Assembly: GCA_041740415.1 (NCBI GenBank)
Contig: JBGSLZ010000052.1
Location: 2,789 to 66,788, forward strand
DNA: 64,000 nucleotides
Origin: Rubripirellula sp.
GTDB taxonomy: Bacteria > Planctomycetota > Planctomycetia > Pirellulales > Pirellulaceae
Direction: 5' to 3'
A model generated the notes under the pieces. The model saw only the letters and a list, made by a program, of their open reading frames with translations, was not told where the DNA came from and did no database searches. The first letter of the stretch is position 1; every line of letters begins with the position of its first letter. Both the position numbers and the translations under genes were made by a program. Positions 59,826-64,000 of this stretch are shown here, in pieces.

Positions 59826-59876
59826 TCTACGGAGTGGGCATTCTCTCAAAGCCGGTAAGTGATGAATGGCTCGACT
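59826..59876 (+). pseudogene. About 50-bp relic of an alpha/beta hydrolase paralogous to 32251-33072
   Basis: Encodes YGVGILSKPVSDEWLD, against FYGVGVLSKPVSDEYLQ at 32738-32788. Confidence 0.75.
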
Positions 59877-59901
59877 TACGCATTTTGCACAGGCAACGAT
59901 G

Positions 59902-60018
59902 TCACCTTTTCCAGTGGACTTCCGCAACGCAATTTTCGCAGTCGCAGCCTGCGGTAACATGGATTTCAAAGTCACATTTGGTACAAGGGTACATATCGCC
60001 GGTGGTAGGGGCTTTCAT
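59902..60018 (-). CDS. 38-aa Cys-rich metal-binding-type peptide, possibly 3'-damaged
   Basis: MKAPTTGDMYPCTKCDFEIHVTAGCDCENC; downstream of the CsbD-like gene. Confidence 0.55.
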   Translation of the reverse strand: MKAPTTGDMYPCTKCDFEIHVTAGCDCENCVAEVHWKR

Positions 60019-60065
60019 TTTCTTACTTTCACAGGAGCAACGGAACAAAGAGACATCGTCTGCCA

Positions 60066-60512
60066 TTATCGCGACCAGCGATCGCGCCAAGAAAGCTCTC
60101 GCTCACGTTGGCCGCCGATCGAGATACCTACGAACAATCCAACCAGTAGTCCCACGCCCAGAGCAACGCCAGCGGACTCCAAAGGGTGGCGCGACATACT
60201 TTTTACTGACGTCTGATAGCTTCGGCGAGCTTGTTCTGCAGTCGCATCGTAACCGTCGCGGATTGTTTGACCTGCCTCGCTCGCATAGTTCGCAACTTGA
60301 CCCATGACGGAATCCGCCGACGCACAGCATTCGTCAAAGTACGCCTCGATCTGGTCGCGGCTCTGGCCAGTCTTCTGTTGAACCAGGCCCGCCAACTTAT
60401 CCAAGTCGCCTTCGACTTGCTTTAATTCGTTGTCAGTGATTTCGCCGTATTTCTTCTTCACTGAGCCGACGATCGAGTTCCATTTTCCGCTAATTTCTTG
60501 TTTCGTAGCCAT
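60066..60512 (-). CDS. csbD: CsbD family protein with an ElaB/DUF883-like C-terminal TM
   Basis: GKWNSIVGSVKKKYGEITDNEL..VEG..DKLAGLVQQKTG; HPLES.GVALGVGLLVG. Confidence 0.88.
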   Translation of the reverse strand: MATKQEISGKWNSIVGSVKKKYGEITDNELKQVEGDLDKLAGLVQQKTGQSRDQIEAYFDECCASADSVMGQVANYASEAGQTIRDGYDATAEQARRSYQTSVKSMSRHPLESAGVALGVGLLVGLFVGISIGGQRERELSWRDRWSR

Positions 60513-60613
60513 CGTAAATTCCTCGTGTAACAGCGTCTGTTTATCAGCTTCAATTGCGTCGCTGATGCTCTTGCGCAGCCTCAGAAAGGCAGCGACGAAC
60601 ACTCTCCCGACAA

Positions 60614-60627
60614 GCATTTGTCGTGCC
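60614..60627 (-). promoter_or_regulatory. Sigma-54 -24/-12 motif, csbD
   Basis: (T)GGCACGACAAATGC, about 100 bp upstream. Confidence 0.75.
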
Positions 60628-60686
60628 AAGTTAAATCAATTACGCGTGCCGCTTTAGTGTCGCTCGCACTCATGTATTGAGAGCTT

Positions 60687-60700
60687 GGCGCGCCGTTTGC
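60687..60700 (+). promoter_or_regulatory. Sigma-54 -24/-12 motif, PRC-barrel gene
   Basis: (T)GGCGCGCCGTTTGC, about 60 bp upstream. Confidence 0.75.
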
Positions 60701-60760
60701 TCTCCCTTTGGAGTCAACTCGTCGTCTGGCGACACTCCTCCTTAGATCAAGGAACTCAAG

Positions 60761-61345
60761 ACGAAACGAATTTCAATTCTTTCCACCGCAGTGGCGGTAT
60801 TGCTCTCGGCATCGGTTGCCTCAGCCCAAACTCCTTCTACAGCGCAAGGAACCGATGCGGGTAGGCTTGACAGCAAGACGAGCGGCTCCAACGTCCGCGT
60901 TAGCCAATTGATGGGTGTTAACTTGCAGAACGCTCAAGGCGAGAGCGCGGGTGAAATCCGTGATCTCGTCCTGGACAGCAAGACAGGCAAAGTCCGCTAT
61001 GGCGCAGGCACCTACGGCGGTTTCATCGTCATGGGCGATAAGCTATTTACCGTTCCATTTGAAGCTTTCATTGTTCAACGCGATCCGGATGATCCGGATG
61101 ATCCGAATGACGCGGACGACTTCGTAGTGGTTTTGAACGTCAGCCAACAAAGGTTGGATGGTGCTGTGGGATTCGATCAAGATCACTGGCCGAACATGGC
61201 AGACCAAAAATGGGCCCGTGACTTGGACACTCGATACGGAGTCGATCGAAACCGAATGCGGGATCGCAGTCCAGGAACCGGTGACGACGTGAACGTCAAT
61301 CGTAATGGCGTCGACGTGGACGTGAATCGTGATCGAAGTCAGTAA
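60761..61345 (+). CDS. Secreted PRC-barrel protein; start codon reads ACG
   Basis: AAGGAAC-N4-ACG AAA CGA ATT gives a complete signal peptide; VSQLMG.NLQNAQGESAGEIRDLVLD; 9-bp repeat x3 at 61082-61108. Confidence 0.8.
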   Translation, partial: TKRISILSTAVAVLLSASVASAQTPSTAQGTDAGRLDSKTSGSNVRVSQLMGVNLQNAQGESAGEIRDLVLDSKTGKVRYGAGTYGGFIVMGDKLFTVPFEAFIVQRDPDDPDDPNDADDFVVVLNVSQQRLDGAVGFDQDHWPNMADQKWARDLDTRYGVDRNRMRDRSPGTGDDVNVNRNGVDVDVNRDRSQ

Positions 61346-61520
61346 CGCAAACTAAATGTTGGGCTACTCGCCGCTTTCACAAGCACAGCAATGGGAAACA
61401 TTTCCAGTGCTGTGTTTTTTGATTTTGGAGTTGTGACTGTGTTAGGGCATCAGCTGGCAGTTCTTGCGACTCCACTACTTACCGTTCAATACGAGACACA
61501 TTGCACTTACGGGTACCGAC

Positions 61521-62226
61521 ATGGCGAGCGATACGACATCACCTGTCTTCCCAAACGTGCAGCTGACTGATCCTCGCGATGCATTCGCGAAGCCGCCCTT
61601 CGATAAGCAGAGGAAGACGTCAAACCCCAGATCCACTGGAAAGATGAATCCGACGCCCGCCCGCGAGGGGGCGAACGTCGTTATCAACTACCTGTCCGAG
61701 GACAGCGATGCCGAAGCGACCAAGTTGCTCGTTGAAGAAGCAGGCGTCAAAGCGGTGGTGATCCGTGGCGACCTCCGGCAAGAATCGTTTTGCGAAGAAC
61801 TGATCGAAGTCAGCATCGACTCACTCGGATCACTGGATCTGCTCGTCAACAATGCTGCGTATCAAGCAAGCGGGGAAACGATTGACGACTTCTCGACCGA
61901 ACTCTTCGATCGAATTTTCAAGACGAATATCTATGCTCCGTTTTGGTTGTCTCGTGCTGCGATGGATCGGCTCCCAGCGGGTGGCCGCATCGTCAACACG
62001 GTCACGATCCAGGGATACAATCCGTCTACAGGCCTGCTGCCCTATGCAACGACGAAGTCTGCATTGATTGGAATGACGAAAGCACTTGCTAAGCTGGCAA
62101 TTGAACGAGGCATACGGGTCAATGCGGTCGCACCGGGTCCGGTGTGGACTCCGTTCATCCCCAGTTCAATGCCGAAAGAAAAGTTCGAGAACTTTGGTGC
62201 CGATAGGTTGTTCAAGCGTCCCGCGC
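61521..62226 (+). pseudogene. YghA/YhdF-type SDR lacking the Rossmann motif and the C-terminus
   Basis: MNPTP joins directly to AREGA at about 61658, so GxxxGIG is missing; VNNAA, YATTK and NAVAPGPVWT remain; ends at KRPA. Confidence 0.85.
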
Positions 62227-62445
62227 ATTGCCATGGCGGCTGCGGTGGTCATCGGGAATCTGGCGATGGCCCATTCCTCGGAGCATTTGCTCGCAGCAAC
62301 GCGATGTTTTGCAGCAGGCGCGGTGGGCGCGTCCGTTGCAACGGAAGTGTTCCCGAAAGCCTATAAAGAGGACCATCACATGGCTGGAGTCGCAACGGTT
62401 CTTGGTCTCGTCTTGGCGTTCTTGCTTAGTCACCTTGGCGGGTGA
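62226..62445 (+). pseudogene. 3' fragment of a ZIP-family metal transporter-like gene
   Basis: FAAGAVGASVATEVFPKAYKE...ATVLGLVLAFLL. Confidence 0.7.
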
Positions 62446-62476
62446 TACCCGTGTTCGCCCCAACTGCTTAGACGGT

Positions 62477-63718
62477 TCATTGACTCGACGCTTTTGGGGC
62501 ACGTTGGTAATACGATAGTAATGGTGTTGCCGCGTTGCTGTGAATGAGCAACGACAATGCAATCGTTGTCAGCACGATTCCGCCGAGTCGAATCGCGAGT
62601 TCTGGGTCCAAGCCTTCTCCGATTGCATAGGTCAAGTAATACAGTGATCCGATGCCGCGAATGCCAAAGAAAGCAATCAGTCCTTTTTGAAGGGGTTTGA
62701 CGGGACTGCGGACCAGCGAAGCGTAGACGGCGACGGGCCTGATGACAAAGAACAAAAGGATCGCGATCCACCAGTCGACTGCCATCGTCCAGTGCGTCGT
62801 TAACAGCACTCCAATCAGAACGACCAGCCCGACTTCAAAAATTTGGCCGAACCGTTCGTTGACGCCGGTGACCATCTTCATCAATGTGTCGGCTTCATCA
62901 TCGTCTTCGCCGTCTTCGGCAAACTTTCGCATGGCGACTCCTGCTGCAAACACCGCGAGAAAGCCGTAAGCGTGAATCGCCAGTGCGAGTCCGTAACTGA
63001 TCCCGATCATCCCGAGCACCAACAGTTCTTCGCTCGCCGTGGGTGCCGACGATTTCACACGAACGACGACCGCCAACCGACTGATGATGTATCCGACGCC
63101 CCAACCGCACGCGACGCCAGCGATCGTTGCCCAAAGCAGGTCAACCACGGCCCATCGCCAACCGAAGTCACCTAATTCGTGAAGACCCAGCAGACCGATA
63201 CCAAGCATCACAAATGGAAACGCCGTGCCATCGTTCAGGCCAGCCTCGCCAGTCAGCGAATAGCGAAGTCGGTCTCGGTCGTCATGGTGCTTAACCTGTA
63301 CATCGCCTGCCAATACCGGATCAGTCGGCGCTAAAACCGCACCAAGCAAAACGGCCGCACCGATGGAAAGTCCGAGCGCCCAATATCCGAGCGCGGCCAT
63401 CATCGCAATCGTCATCAACATGGCGATAGAGGCAAGGGGAATTGCAGCCCGCTTCAATTGCGTCAGCGACGGGGATAATCGCAATCCTGCACCGAGCAGA
63501 CTCAAAAGCACGCCAATCTCGGTAACCGTCGCGATCGTTTCAGCGTTCTTGAACAGATCGACTTGAACCAAGTCGAATCCCCACGGACCGATCAATGCAC
63601 CGATCGCAAGATAAATGGCAGACAACGACAACGGCAATGCTTTAAGCGGCCCTTCACCAAACGCCGCGACAAGAAAAACACTGCCGACGATAAGCGCCCA
63701 AACGGTTATCGGTTCCAT
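62477..63718 (-). CDS. Cation:proton antiporter (CPA1/NhaP type)
   Basis: LAPTDPV, EAGLNDG, FFVIRP, FFGIRGIGSLYY. Confidence 0.92.
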   Translation of the reverse strand: MEPITVWALIVGSVFLVAAFGEGPLKALPLSLSAIYLAIGALIGPWGFDLVQVDLFKNAETIATVTEIGVLLSLLGAGLRLSPSLTQLKRAAIPLASIAMLMTIAMMAALGYWALGLSIGAAVLLGAVLAPTDPVLAGDVQVKHHDDRDRLRYSLTGEAGLNDGTAFPFVMLGIGLLGLHELGDFGWRWAVVDLLWATIAGVACGWGVGYIISRLAVVVRVKSSAPTASEELLVLGMIGISYGLALAIHAYGFLAVFAAGVAMRKFAEDGEDDDEADTLMKMVTGVNERFGQIFEVGLVVLIGVLLTTHWTMAVDWWIAILLFFVIRPVAVYASLVRSPVKPLQKGLIAFFGIRGIGSLYYLTYAIGEGLDPELAIRLGGIVLTTIALSLLIHSNAATPLLSYYQRAPKASSQ

Positions 63719-64000
63719 GATGGATCAGGCGGCACCCAGACTGACACGCTACCGGCCTTATAGCGGAACTCGGCCCAACCGTTCACCACTGCATCGTCGA
63801 CGCGGTAGTAGACCGTAAACGGGAAACGCACCGATAACGACCGGTGGTAACCATAAACCTGCTCGTGAATGCCACCATAGAATGCAAGAGATTCGATGTC
63901 AGCGATGATCCAAGTGCGGAAGTAACCGCCCAAGCCCGATACCTGACCTTCGTAGAACCAGTAACCATCGGCGATATCGAATTCAGCGTCACTGCTGATT
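63706..64000 (-). pseudogene. RelE/ParE-type toxin, partial at the window edge, fused to an alpha-amylase-like C-terminal tail
   Basis: DAEFDIADGYWFYE.Q..GLGGYF...HRSLSVRFPFTVYYRV, then at about 63783 NGWAEFRYKAGSVSVWVP. Confidence 0.7.

Noticed and set aside
25200-64000. Identity with the enterobacterial locus of heat resistance (tLST)
   Set aside because: No sHsp, ClpK, YfdX, thioredoxin or HtpX is present; only the general stress theme is shared.

Overview
Planctomycete-like DNA (probably Pirellulaceae, inferred from gene families and REP-type repeats) in two parts. About 1-25 kb looks like backbone. It holds the 5' part of a membrane protein gene with a candidate leader ORF, an orphan zinc peptidase-fold gene, a hydroxyproline catabolic operon, a DUF58/BatA/vWA/coiled-coil/prenyltransferase-repeat operon with no adjacent MoxR, a GH130-GT4-GH130 cluster and a deleted histidine kinase. 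At 25.1 kb a tRNA 3'-end fragment next to a perfect 19-bp hairpin marks a probable island boundary. From there to the window end is a decaying accessory region with an ISAs1 remnant, IS256, two MITEs and many deletion chimeras. It is packed with general-stress-type genes: CsbD, PRC-barrel, fasciclin, MsrB, DedA, AI-2E transporter, SDRs, epimerase/VKOR/SPW, and an alternative cytochrome c oxidase operon. The main find is eleven correctly oriented sigma-54 (-24/-12, GG-N10-GC) promoter motifs, ten of them in five divergent pairs, each about 50-110 bp upstream of a transcription unit in this region. This suggests an RpoN-driven general stress regulon with no activator encoded in the window. All family assignments come from motif recognition by eye; no database searches were run.
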